From an uncultured Chlamydiae bacterium (lineage in GTDB: Bacteria; Chlamydiota; Chlamydiia; Chlamydiales; Parachlamydiaceae), in NCBI GenBank assembly GCA_963830365.1, contig CAWHMU010000021.1, positions 1 through 64,000 of the forward strand: a DNA stretch of 64,000 nucleotides. Reading direction: 5' to 3'. Positions 30,780 through 41,014 of the stretch are shown in pieces. Made by a program: the position numbers and the translations under genes. Positions within the stretch are counted from its first letter, which is position 1, and every line of letters starts with the position of its first letter. The notes under the pieces were generated by a model. That model searched no databases. It had not been told where the DNA came from and saw only the letters and a program-made list of their open reading frames with translations.

Positions 30780-30908
30780 CTCCTTGGTATGTATTCGGTT
30801 TTAAGGGAATTACGTCGTAACATTTTATCATTGTAGAGTCAAGACTATCACATAATAATAATTTGTACTGGTCGATGATTCTTCCTGATCAGCCTTCTGT
30901 TTTCTCTT

Positions 30909-31685
30909 TCACATGCCGAGACCGCGCCTGGCCGGCAGCTTGTCTGCCAGCTGCTGGCTGGGGGATTCTTTAAGATGGATGCCAGAAAGTTTCAAACGCA
31001 GGCTTTCGGTGATGAGGAACAGCAGTTTCTCGGCCGCGATCGCATAAGACAGCCCTTCGGGCGGATGCACATTGGAAATGCAGTTGCGCTCGGCATCGCT
31101 GTGGCCGGCTTTGGGGTGGTATGTAAGATAGATGCCTAGGCTGTTGACTGAGGTTAGGCCTGGCCGTTCACCAACCAGGATCACGCTGAGTTTAGCGCCG
31201 AGAGTTTCGCCGATATCATCGCTCAAAGCTACCCTTCCATAAGGTGCCAGGACGATAGTATATTTAAAATCCGGCAATATGGCCTGCAGCATAGGTTTTA
31301 GAACCTTCCAAAACGGGATAGCGTGGGCGTTGATGGCCGGCACGGAAAGTCCGTCCGTGATGATGAATACAATGTCTGTCTGATGCCGCTGACTGTATTT
31401 GCTTACTTTAGCGCGGCTGTCGCTAGTTAGGATCCGGCCAAGGGTGGGGAATTTCAGATATTGCTCTCTGATGCTGACGGCGGTTTTTACATGGATCGGC
31501 TTTTCTCCCGCCGCTATCAATTTTTCTTCAAACTGCGCCACCTCCCAGACTTCTTGTACGGCATCGCGCGCCAAAGCGTGCGCGAGCTGAAAGTCCAACC
31601 AGTCGTTGGTGGATAGAGAATGTCCGCTACGCTGCAGTCCGATGCGCGCTTGTGTATGTTCTTTAAGCTGACCCCAAAGGTTCAT
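30909..31685 (-). CDS. eutC: Ethanolamine ammonia-lyase small subunit
   Basis: TQARIGL, FQLAHALARDAV, DGLS, GERPGL and RNCISN motifs. Confidence 0.95.
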   Translation of the reverse strand: MNLWGQLKEHTQARIGLQRSGHSLSTNDWLDFQLAHALARDAVQEVWEVAQFEEKLIAAGEKPIHVKTAVSIREQYLKFPTLGRILTSDSRAKVSKYSQRHQTDIVFIITDGLSVPAINAHAIPFWKVLKPMLQAILPDFKYTIVLAPYGRVALSDDIGETLGAKLSVILVGERPGLTSVNSLGIYLTYHPKAGHSDAERNCISNVHPPEGLSYAIAAEKLLFLITESLRLKLSGIHLKESPSQQLADKLPARRGLGM

Positions 31686-31688
31686 CAG

Positions 31689-33092
31689 TCATTCCTCACC
31701 GGAAATATGTGTCAGCAGCTTCATGGTTGAATTCCCCTTGATGCGGCCAGTGGCATGCAATTGCAGCTTGTCTGCATTCCATAGCCCCGCCTGCTCAAGC
31801 CAAGCCTCAAATTCCGGCGCCGGCCTCAAACCTAAAATTTTGCGTATATAGAGGGCATCGTGGAACGAGGTGCTTTGATAGCTCAGCATGATATCATCAG
31901 CGCCTGGCACACCCATGATATACGAACAGCCGGCCGCCGCCAGCAGGGTAAGCAGCGCGTCCATGTCATCCTGGTCGGCATCGGCATGATTCGTATAGCA
32001 GGCATCACAGCCCATGGGCAGACCCATGATCTTGGCGCAAAAATGGTCTTCCAGTCCGGCCCGCATAATCTGTTTTCCATTATACAGGTATTCAGGGCCG
32101 ATAAATCCGACCACGCTATTGATAAGAAACGGATCAAAATGCCGCGCGACAGCATAGCTGCGCGTTTCGGCAGTCTGCGCGTCCATGCCATGGTGGGCGT
32201 TGGCAGATAAGGCCGCCCCTTGTCCCGTCTCAAAATACATGACCTGATTTCCCACCGTGCCACGGCTTAATGCGCGCGCCTTTTGATTGGCTTCTGCCAG
32301 CAGGGAAAGCGATATGCCAAAGCTCTTGTTGGCTTGTTCAGTCCCTCCAATCGATTGGAAGACAAGGTCGATGGGGGCGCCTTTGTCGATGCACTGCAGC
32401 GTGGTGGTGAGATGGGCCAGCACGCAGGATTGAGTGGGGACAGCCAGTTGACTTCTGATCTCGTCCATCATTTTCAGCATCATGATGACGTGCTCAGGAT
32501 TATCTGTGGATGGGTTAATGCCGATAACGGCATCGCCACTGCCTAAAAGCAAGCCGTCCATGATGCTGGCGAAAATCCCCTTCGGATCATCAGTCGGGTG
32601 GTTTGGTTGCAGACGAGTGGAAAAATGCCCCTCCAATCCTATGGTAGTCCTAAAGCGGGTGATAATGCGGCATTTCTTGGCGACGGTGATCAGGTCTTGG
32701 ATGCGCATTAATTTAGAGACGGCAGCCGCCATTTCGGGGGTGATGCCGAATTTCACTTTGGCGAGCACATTGGCTGTCGTTTTGTAGCTTAGCAGCCATT
32801 CTCTAAATTCACCGACGGTCTGGTGAGAAATCGACTCAAAAGCCTCTTTGTCATGCGTGTCGATGATAAGGCGGGTGACTTCGTCCTGTTCGTACGGCAC
32901 AAAAGCTTCATTCAAAAAGGCTTTGAGCGGCACATCGGCCAGAGTTCTTTGAGCGGCAACCCTTTCGAGTTCATTTGCGGCGGCGATGCCGGCGAGATGG
33001 TCTGCCGAACGGTCGGGAGAGGCTTTTGCCAGCAGCGTCTTCAAATCCCGGAAGGAAAACTTTTTTTTCTGAAGGGTTATTTGGTACGGCAT
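31689..33092 (-). CDS. eutB: Ethanolamine ammonia-lyase large subunit
   Basis: RLQPNHPTDD, GDAVIGINP, YFETGQG, GFIGPEYL and CYTNH motifs. Confidence 0.97.
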   Translation of the reverse strand: MPYQITLQKKKFSFRDLKTLLAKASPDRSADHLAGIAAANELERVAAQRTLADVPLKAFLNEAFVPYEQDEVTRLIIDTHDKEAFESISHQTVGEFREWLLSYKTTANVLAKVKFGITPEMAAAVSKLMRIQDLITVAKKCRIITRFRTTIGLEGHFSTRLQPNHPTDDPKGIFASIMDGLLLGSGDAVIGINPSTDNPEHVIMMLKMMDEIRSQLAVPTQSCVLAHLTTTLQCIDKGAPIDLVFQSIGGTEQANKSFGISLSLLAEANQKARALSRGTVGNQVMYFETGQGAALSANAHHGMDAQTAETRSYAVARHFDPFLINSVVGFIGPEYLYNGKQIMRAGLEDHFCAKIMGLPMGCDACYTNHADADQDDMDALLTLLAAAGCSYIMGVPGADDIMLSYQSTSFHDALYIRKILGLRPAPEFEAWLEQAGLWNADKLQLHATGRIKGNSTMKLLTHISGEE

Positions 33093-33478
33093 AACTTATC
33101 GTCGCAATTACGGTAGATTAATATTTATTCTTACCAATCTTTGCCATTATACCCCAGAAAAAACAAAAACGCTAATCCGGTGACGCCCAAAAACTAATCA
33201 CATCCTGCGTCGTCGCGTTTCCTCCCCGTCTCTGCGTTGTATGTTCCAGAAAACAACACCGCCAGAAAACTTGCATCATTGTACCTTGTCAAAGTTCTGT
33301 GAATCCGATTCCAACTAAGAGGCGGGAAGGAAAAACGATGCAGGGCACCAACAAGGTTTGAGCCCGAACCGAATAATCCTGATATATATTTCCATTTTGA
33401 TGGACCACTTCTCAATTTTGTTTGATTTATTTTGAAATACAAAATAGCTTCATTGCGAAACAACCTCTGGAGGTCATC

Positions 33479-34984
33479 ATGACAGCACCATCTAATGCCA
33501 TACGCGTTAGCGATACCCAATTTGCTCAAGCCGTTCAGCTTCTCGGCCAGTTTGTAGCCATTCCTTCCGTCAGCCACCCTAACAGTCCTTACTATAATCC
33601 AAAAACCCTTGCCCAGGCAGCAACCTTCGCTGGCGCGCAGCTAGAAAAACTTGGTTTTACCGTCTCTTATCCCTGTATAGATAAATCGGCACCCTTTGTG
33701 ATTGCCGAACTCATCACCGATGCTACCAAGCCGACTTTATTGCTCTATGCACATTATGACGTGCAACCGGTGGACCTTTCAAAATGGAATACCAAGCCGT
33801 TTGTGATGACGGAACGCGACGGGCGCCTGTATGGACGTGGCGCCAGCGACGACAAGGCAGGTGTCATCGGTATCATTACAGCCTTAGCTGCTTGCAAAGC
33901 AGCTGAAGTGGCACTGCCTAATATCAAAATTCTGTTCGAAGGCGAAGAGGAATATGGCTCTTCGCATATGGATGCTTTATTGAAGAAGGAAGCTAAACGT
34001 CTGGACGCCCAAGCCTTGATCGTGCTGGATGGTTTGAATAAAGATGTAGCTACAGGCACATTAACCAGCTCCACGCGCGGTTTAATCAATCTCGAATTAG
34101 AGGTCAATGCACTCAAGAAACCTGTACATAGCGGTATCGGATGCCTGGTGTCTGATCCGGCGCAAGTGCTGACAGATCTGATCCACTCGCTGCGTCAGCC
34201 TCAGAACATCCCAGGCTTTATGGACGGATGCGACAAATTAAGTAAAGAGGAGCGCAGGATTTTAAAGGATGGTTCTGTCAGCGCAGAGCAATACGCCAAA
34301 GATATGGGCATAGTGCCCGGCGGCAAATTGAGAGGCAATGCCAATGCATCTGTCTATGAACGCATTCTGAGTGAACCCAGCCTTAGCGTCGTCAATATGA
34401 CATGCGGACAACCCAATGGCGGCAACTCCATCCAGGATACCGCCCGATGCACCATCGGCGTGCGCATCCTGCCCGGGCAGGATCCTGACCAGATAGCGGA
34501 AGCCGTGATGTCATATCTAAAAAAGCAGAAGGTCGATACCAATGTACAAGTACATGTAAATCAGTCCAGCAAAGGATCGTGGGCATGGAAAGCCGATTTG
34601 ACGGCCAAGTTTTCAAGCCTCTACTTCGAAGCTTTAAAGGCCAACTTTCCCAAAACATGTGCCATGCCATGCGGTGGCACGCTGCCCCTATTGCGCGAGT
34701 TCCAAGAAGCATTTCCCAAAATGGAAATGCTCATACCCGCCGTAGAAGATCCCAAAACCGATGCCCATAGCCATAATGAATCACAGGATATCGCCGTCTT
34801 TAGGCGATCTATCAATAGTTTGATCCATTTCCTGGATCAAAGCGGCAAAATGAAGGTTTCTGCGGCAAAAGACGCAAAGGCGGATGCCGCTAGCCCTGAT
34901 GCATTCCAAGGCGTTGGCATCTTTAGAAGAGCGATGAACTGCCTAAGCTCTTGTTTGCGTTGTCCAGGCAGCAAGACGGCTTGA
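33479..34984 (+). CDS. M20 family dipeptidase
   Basis: YAHYDVQP, GRGASDDK, EGEEEYGS, HSG and AHSHNE motifs; start at MTAPSN after GGAGG. Confidence 0.92.
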   Translation: MTAPSNAIRVSDTQFAQAVQLLGQFVAIPSVSHPNSPYYNPKTLAQAATFAGAQLEKLGFTVSYPCIDKSAPFVIAELITDATKPTLLLYAHYDVQPVDLSKWNTKPFVMTERDGRLYGRGASDDKAGVIGIITALAACKAAEVALPNIKILFEGEEEYGSSHMDALLKKEAKRLDAQALIVLDGLNKDVATGTLTSSTRGLINLELEVNALKKPVHSGIGCLVSDPAQVLTDLIHSLRQPQNIPGFMDGCDKLSKEERRILKDGSVSAEQYAKDMGIVPGGKLRGNANASVYERILSEPSLSVVNMTCGQPNGGNSIQDTARCTIGVRILPGQDPDQIAEAVMSYLKKQKVDTNVQVHVNQSSKGSWAWKADLTAKFSSLYFEALKANFPKTCAMPCGGTLPLLREFQEAFPKMEMLIPAVEDPKTDAHSHNESQDIAVFRRSINSLIHFLDQSGKMKVSAAKDAKADAASPDAFQGVGIFRRAMNCLSSCLRCPGSKTA

Positions 34985-35270
34985 AATAACAAGCCGTCGA
35001 AGCATACGGATATTTTATCCACTCCTCGGATTGTCTCAGCAATCCGAGGGGCTATCTCACCGCTACAGTGTCTTAATTATGTTCAATCTTCTCTGTGTCA
35101 CCGCGTCTCTGTGTTGAATTTTCTAGAAAGCAGCACTGCCAGACAACTTGAATCATTATCCGTTGTAATAGTCTGTTAATTCATTTCAACGCAGAGACAC
35201 GACCATACAGTGAGCTACAAAACCCATTGTGAAGGAAGTATGTAAAACCCTGTTAACCTGATGTGAATGG

Positions 35271-35936
35271 CTATTTCAGACGGATGACGGCCGTGCCGGT
35301 GCCTAATGAGGCGAAGTTGATGACAGGGTACCCCATTTGCTGGATCAGGACAGCCGTTTGCGCACATGGCCGGCCGGGGCCGGCATCGTGCAAAATGATG
35401 GTTCCCTCAGGCGACATATAGGGAAGATAATCCAGGAAATCCTGCAAGGCCCCTTTGGTTGAACGGTCGGCATCGATATGCAAGTAGTCGATTTGCCACC
35501 CTTTGGCCTGTGCTTTAGCCACATTGGCGGTAGTATCCATGATGATTTCGATTTCAGGATAATGTTCCCGGAAAAAGGCGCCTTTTTTCAACCACAGGGG
35601 CCTGCCCCATTGTCCTGTATTGCCATCGACCAATATCGTTTTGGCATTGGCCAGCTGCAGATCCCGCTGCGCCTGGCGCAAAACGCGCGGCACAAAACCA
35701 TCGCCCGAGCCCAAACATACGCATAACTGTGCCTTGGCAGTATATACCAAGGCATAATACAGCATCCCCGCCCCCAGATCCTCTCCATGCGCGGCATGCA
35801 GCTTGCACCAATAAGCCTCGCAGGTGAGGTTATCCTTGATAAAGGCGGGATTAATCAGCCTGTTTTCGTCGGCATACAATCCCATTATATGTATTCCAAG
35901 AGATACGCATGCCAGCCATATAAACACTATACGCAT
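35271..35936 (-). CDS. Class I SAM-dependent methyltransferase-like protein (Methyltransf_24 type) with signal peptide
   Basis: CLGSGDG, IDYLHIDAD and GTIILHD motifs. Confidence 0.75.
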   Translation of the reverse strand: MRIVFIWLACVSLGIHIMGLYADENRLINPAFIKDNLTCEAYWCKLHAAHGEDLGAGMLYYALVYTAKAQLCVCLGSGDGFVPRVLRQAQRDLQLANAKTILVDGNTGQWGRPLWLKKGAFFREHYPEIEIIMDTTANVAKAQAKGWQIDYLHIDADRSTKGALQDFLDYLPYMSPEGTIILHDAGPGRPCAQTAVLIQQMGYPVINFASLGTGTAVIRLK

Positions 35937-35939
35937 GGA

Positions 35940-37547
35940 TTAGGGCAGGCTGATGGTGGCAGGAGTGCTCAGCGCGCCATTGCCATCCACCGCTATCACC
36001 TGATAAGTGTATAACTTTCCTTTTTGCAGGTTATGGTCCTGATAGGCCAAAGGGGCGTTTGCTTGAACGACGGCGATTTGCAAGCCATCGCGCCAGATGT
36101 TATAGGCCACTATCCCCGGTGAGGAGCTGGCAGACCACTTCAATTCATCGATGATATCGGCTTGAGTCAGGAAGCTGTTATAGATCTGCCTGCCGGTCAA
36201 ATTTTGCGGCGGATTCAGAATCGTATTGGCGGTGTATACGACTTGGATCGTCTCCGTTGCCAGAGGATCAACCGCCCATACCACCGCCGCGCCGCCAAAT
36301 TCATTCATGGACAGATGTGGGTACTTTGAGGACGAGCCTATGGTGGAAAGGAGCTGTGGCGTCCCTAGCCAGGAGTTGGTGGCTTGCGTGTATTGGCTGA
36401 AATATACTTGCCCATTTGAGGAATTATCGTCCTTTTCCCACACCGCATAAGCATTGCCTAGCTTGTCTACCCCGATATTTGGGTGGTTTAAACTATTGCC
36501 GGCATCTGTAGTAGCCAGCGGGACAGCAGCTCCCCAGCTGCCGCCGGTATAACGGCTCGCCAGCACTTTATAGGTATCGGAGACATCAAAAGTTATCCAC
36601 AGCGCCAGCGCATTGCCGGCATTATCCAAAGCCGTCGCGACATCAACCAATGTTTCACCAACTGCCGGCACATACACAGATTGCTGACTGCCATATGTCC
36701 CGCCAAAAAAAAGCGAAGAGCTGATGCCGAAATCTGAATTGTTTTGCCAAAGCAGCATGGCCTGATTTGAGGCGTTCATGGAGACCGCAATCAGAGGCAC
36801 GCAAGTGTTAAAAAGATCTGTGGAGACGGGCTGCGTATTCCACGTCACACCGTCATAATAACTTCCATTGAGTGTGTACACGCCGCCGCCATCCGACCAT
36901 GCCAGCAGGGCTTGTCCCGAAGGGGAACCTGAAATTGCCACCCCGGATAAAATATCGGTAGCCGAACTTGCCAGGCTTTGGGGTGCCGACCAGCTGGGGG
37001 AAACATACTGACTAATCCTGATAAGTAAATCGCTAAGAATTTGACCGCTCCAGGCACCGATGGCTTTGGTGTCGTCATCAAGCGTTATGCCGGTTTGAAA
37101 AAAGGACACCACGTTCTCAGTTACCGGATCCGAGAGAGTCGTCGCGCTGCCCCAACTGTTATTTGTAAGGACGGCCCCGCGCACGATGTCATTGAATGTG
37201 CCGTTGTCGAATTCCGTCCATAGCAGGGCGCCATTGCCGGCGGCATTTACGGCGATGGCATTGATGTTATTGTCTCCCGCTAACGTTATCAGCTGGTATC
37301 TGTGCGTATTTTGCACTACCCCCTGCACAAGCTGCGCCCCTTCTTCATAAAAGGTGGATAAATCGTCCGAGGTGATGGCCGCAATGACGGCGTTGCCGGC
37401 GGCATCCACGCCTACCACGGGCTTTTGCGCATATTGCGTCGAAAAGACATCCACAGGGCCCTGCCAAGCAACCCCAGATAGCATATTGGCACTGCCCACC
37501 CCTATAAGAATGGCCGAAATGGATAGCAAGCTAAGCAGATTTTTCAT
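35940..37547 (-). CDS. Secreted beta-repeat protein with C-terminal FN3-like domain
   Basis: Signal peptide; repeated D.AGNA.A.W units; LKWSAS...YNIWRDG...YTYQV.AVD. Confidence 0.75.
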   Translation of the reverse strand: MKNLLSLLSISAILIGVGSANMLSGVAWQGPVDVFSTQYAQKPVVGVDAAGNAVIAAITSDDLSTFYEEGAQLVQGVVQNTHRYQLITLAGDNNINAIAVNAAGNGALLWTEFDNGTFNDIVRGAVLTNNSWGSATTLSDPVTENVVSFFQTGITLDDDTKAIGAWSGQILSDLLIRISQYVSPSWSAPQSLASSATDILSGVAISGSPSGQALLAWSDGGGVYTLNGSYYDGVTWNTQPVSTDLFNTCVPLIAVSMNASNQAMLLWQNNSDFGISSSLFFGGTYGSQQSVYVPAVGETLVDVATALDNAGNALALWITFDVSDTYKVLASRYTGGSWGAAVPLATTDAGNSLNHPNIGVDKLGNAYAVWEKDDNSSNGQVYFSQYTQATNSWLGTPQLLSTIGSSSKYPHLSMNEFGGAAVVWAVDPLATETIQVVYTANTILNPPQNLTGRQIYNSFLTQADIIDELKWSASSSPGIVAYNIWRDGLQIAVVQANAPLAYQDHNLQKGKLYTYQVIAVDGNGALSTPATISLP

Positions 37548-37865
37548 GGGGGAATCCTTAAACTGATAAAATTATCTTTTTATATAATTTCACTTAATCA
37601 AACAACGAGATTTCGTGCCGATACAGGGATTTCTGCATAAATGACCACTCAGCCAGTGAGATTAATGAGTTTATATGAGAAAATTGAGAAGTCCCTGTGG
37701 CTAAGTGGTGAATGATACCACAAAGCTCCGATATGGATCGCTGGCGTGATGAACCTTATATGGCTAGGAATTAAAATTCAATTTCGATTACAATACCACA
37801 GATATAATTCATTTTTCACAGCATATAACAATAAAACCGCAGTTTTACAAACAAAGGACATTAAC

Positions 37866-39236
37866 ATGCATCATTCCCCTTTATTGCCGATTAAAGCCAT
37901 TATTTTCGACTGTGACGGTACGTTGATCGACAATGAAGGTTCATATTTCTTTGCTTGGCAAAAAGTGGTGCTCGACCGCAATCACTTTTTCTCCATCGAT
38001 GATTATATCCAATGCATGGGCAGCGCCAATCCGCTGACGGCCCAACGGCTGGCTGCCAAGATGAACGCCCCTTCAGCCGAAGCGCTGCTCGCCGAATGCC
38101 GGGCCAATTACCGCGCACATGCCAAAAATGGCCTGAAGCCTATTCAACATACGGTGGATTTCGTGTTGAAATTAGCGGCAGCAAAAGACCGGCTGGGGAT
38201 CAAGCTTGCCGTAGCCTCGGCCGGCAACAAAGAGGAAATCCTGCGCAGCCTAAGACAGATCGGTATCGACGGCCTTTTCGATGCCATCATCTCCGGACAA
38301 GATGATCTGCACGACTATAACGACCCGCAAGGCGTAAACAAACCTAGCCCCTATATCTATTGGCATACCGCTAAAGTACTAGGCGTCGAACCTGCCGCCT
38401 GTGTGGTCGTCGAAGACAGCCTGCCCGGCTTGACAGCCGGCGTAAGGGCAGGCTGCTTCACCGTGGCTATCCCCACCCCTTCAACCAAAATCCAGGACAT
38501 GTCGGCCACCGATCTGAAATTCAAATCCCTTGAAAATCTATCTGTCGAGCAGTTTTTCCAGCTAGTGCAGGAAAAGCTCCTGCAAAAATCCGCCAAACAA
38601 ACGCCTACAGTCATTTTCCTAAACGGCACCAGCAGCGCCGGCAAAACAAGTATCGTCCAGCACCTGCAAGCGCAATTAGACCAGCCGTTTATGCATGTGG
38701 GCATCGACCACTTCCTCTTCATGCTCCCCTCGCGCTACCGGATGGATGGCGCAGAGTCACACTTGGGCTATTGCTTTGCAAGGCAAGACGACCATGAAGG
38801 CGCCAAAATCTCTATTTCGAAGGGATCTTACGGCCATAAAGTAAATGCCGCCATGCGCAGCTCAATGCAGCATCTGCTGACGCAGGGTTTCAATTTGATC
38901 ATCGATGAAGTCCTGTTTGCCGAAGACGACTTCCATGCCTACCTGGAGCTTTTGCAAGACTATAAAGTCTTTTTCGTCGCCGTCAAACCGCCTGTTGATG
39001 TGGCTGCGGAACGAGAAAAAGCCCGCGGCAGCCGCATGCTCGGTCTGGCCAGAGGGGTATATGATGACGTTTATCGCAACAAAACTTTCGACATCGAAAT
39101 TGACACCTCTCACTTGCAGCCTGAAGAGGCTGCATACCAAATTGTCCAGCATATGCAGGCACACCCACTGCCTCAGGCCTTCCAACATAACATCGCGGCT
39201 CACCTGCAGAGGGTAAACGCCGGAGGAGCGGTATAG
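37866..39236 (+). CDS. HAD phosphatase fused to a chloramphenicol-phosphotransferase-like P-loop kinase
   Basis: IFDCDGTL, KP.P and VVEDS motifs, then IFLNGTSSAGKTS, NLIIDEV and EREKARG motifs; AAAGGA RBS. Confidence 0.85.
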   Translation: MHHSPLLPIKAIIFDCDGTLIDNEGSYFFAWQKVVLDRNHFFSIDDYIQCMGSANPLTAQRLAAKMNAPSAEALLAECRANYRAHAKNGLKPIQHTVDFVLKLAAAKDRLGIKLAVASAGNKEEILRSLRQIGIDGLFDAIISGQDDLHDYNDPQGVNKPSPYIYWHTAKVLGVEPAACVVVEDSLPGLTAGVRAGCFTVAIPTPSTKIQDMSATDLKFKSLENLSVEQFFQLVQEKLLQKSAKQTPTVIFLNGTSSAGKTSIVQHLQAQLDQPFMHVGIDHFLFMLPSRYRMDGAESHLGYCFARQDDHEGAKISISKGSYGHKVNAAMRSSMQHLLTQGFNLIIDEVLFAEDDFHAYLELLQDYKVFFVAVKPPVDVAAEREKARGSRMLGLARGVYDDVYRNKTFDIEIDTSHLQPEEAAYQIVQHMQAHPLPQAFQHNIAAHLQRVNAGGAV

Positions 39237-39518
39237 GTGCGGTGTTTATCCTGATCACTCTAATATCTTGCTATTTTTTGGCCTTATTCACCTTCATTGG
39301 GAAAATGTTCGGTCACGATAAACTCACTTCTCCTCTCTCTGCGGGCTCTGTGGTTTTAAAAATTCACCATCACAGAGATCACAGAGAGGGGCTTGCCGGA
39401 ATCAGGCTACCACAGCACAGAAAACAATTATTTCATCGTTGGAACGCCATAAAACGCATTGCCTAATTATTGATTACTGTGACACTCTTTGCAAAAAATC
39501 CAACTTGGCTAAAAAAAA

Positions 39519-40451
39519 ATGCAATTTTACCACGAACTTATGCAGCGTTATCATTTCACTCTAAAATTGATCATCTGTCTTTTCGCTATTTGCCAACTAT
39601 TTATTTTCCCTAGTATGGTATCTGCCAAGACACGCTATGCTTATGACATCGCTATCTGTGCAATTTTCCGCGATGAAGCGCCCTATCTCAAAGAGTGGAT
39701 TGAGTTTCATAAGCTGGTCGGTGTGCAACATTTTTATTTGTATAATAATTTAAGCACCGATGATTATCTAAGCATTTTAACTCCCTATATTGAGAGTAAT
39801 GAGGTTGAGCTTACAGAGTGGCCTTTTGCCGCTGATTGCCCAATACGCTGGTATGAGATTCAGACCAGCGCTTACAATAACGCCCTAAAAAAAGCTTTAT
39901 ATAAAAGCAAATGGATTGCCGCACTTGACACCGATGAATTTTTATTCCCAATGAATACAGACAGTCTGGTGACATTTTTAAAACGTTACGAAAAATATGG
40001 CGGATTATGTGTTAATTGGCAGATGTTCGGTTCTTCAGGAATTTGGCAAATCCCATCAGATAAGCTACTAATAGAAATGCTAACGCTAGGCGCAGAAAAG
40101 CACGACAGTGATAATCTTAATGTGAAAACAATTGCCCGGCCAGAATGTGTGGCGTACTGTCCGTTATGCCCGCATTATTTTATTTATCACCATGGCTTTT
40201 TCCAGGTCACCGAGAACAAACAAGCTTTTGAAGGCGCATTTCCTCCATGCATTAGCGTAGATAAAATTAGAATCAACCACTACTGGAGTCGAAATGAAGA
40301 GTTCTTCTATCGAACCAAAGTAAATCGACGCAATCAATTAGGAGAGCAAAACCAAGAAGCCATCATTCGTCACAATCGTATGAATAAAAAAGAATCGACC
40401 GAAATTCTGCGCTTTGTACCGGCCCTGCGCAAGAAAATGCATTTATCTTAA
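39519..40451 (+). CDS. Glycosyltransferase family 92/2-like protein
   Basis: CAIFRDEAPYLKEWIEFH, YNNLSTD, LDTDEF and INHYWSR motifs. Confidence 0.85.
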   Translation: MQFYHELMQRYHFTLKLIICLFAICQLFIFPSMVSAKTRYAYDIAICAIFRDEAPYLKEWIEFHKLVGVQHFYLYNNLSTDDYLSILTPYIESNEVELTEWPFAADCPIRWYEIQTSAYNNALKKALYKSKWIAALDTDEFLFPMNTDSLVTFLKRYEKYGGLCVNWQMFGSSGIWQIPSDKLLIEMLTLGAEKHDSDNLNVKTIARPECVAYCPLCPHYFIYHHGFFQVTENKQAFEGAFPPCISVDKIRINHYWSRNEEFFYRTKVNRRNQLGEQNQEAIIRHNRMNKKESTEILRFVPALRKKMHLS

Positions 40452-40484
40452 TGCTTGGGGAAGGCTCCCCCGATCACCCCTAGG

Positions 40485-40730
40485 AAGTTGGTTTTGGAAT
40501 ATCATTTCTGAGTATGGATGAATCGGGGAATTTCAAAGGCTCGCGCGCATAAAAGTTGTTGCCCACTAGCCCGAGTTTCCTTGTTATTTTCTGAGTCTGA
40601 TGTAAGATTCTGGTCTGCAGCCGGTTATGTTTTTCGCTAGATTACCCTCTTCGGTATAGAATTTGATGGCAAAGCCGCGTACATCGCGTTCAACATCGGC
40701 CACGCCCACTTCTCCTGCGACAGTCAACAC
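40485..40730 (-). pseudogene. Catalase gene remnant
   Basis: [28 protein letters not shown], then after an insertion LVGNN...PLKFPD..IHTQK in shifting frames. Confidence 0.75.
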
Positions 40731-41014
40731 TAAAATCCTATCGCTGCGGCTAACGATAAATTGAAGGCAGTGATGCCTGGATGGCAAACCAGACAAAATG
40801 TTGTGCTTCCCAGCCAGATACGCCCTTATCTGCAAAAGCATCTTTCTGAAGATTATAACAAACGTCTCTTTGGCGCTGTGCCGATCAGTTACCTGCTTTT
40901 GAACCATGCCGAAAAATGGGCAAAAATGAGTGTGTTCGGTGGCTTAATTACCTTGTCAGTCAAATATTTTTTTGCTATGCAAAATAATTACATCATCCTA
41001 GCCCAAGGTTTTTT

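Noticed and set aside
33093..33420. Cobalamin riboswitch upstream of eutB
   Set aside because: B12-box and other conserved segments not found by eye
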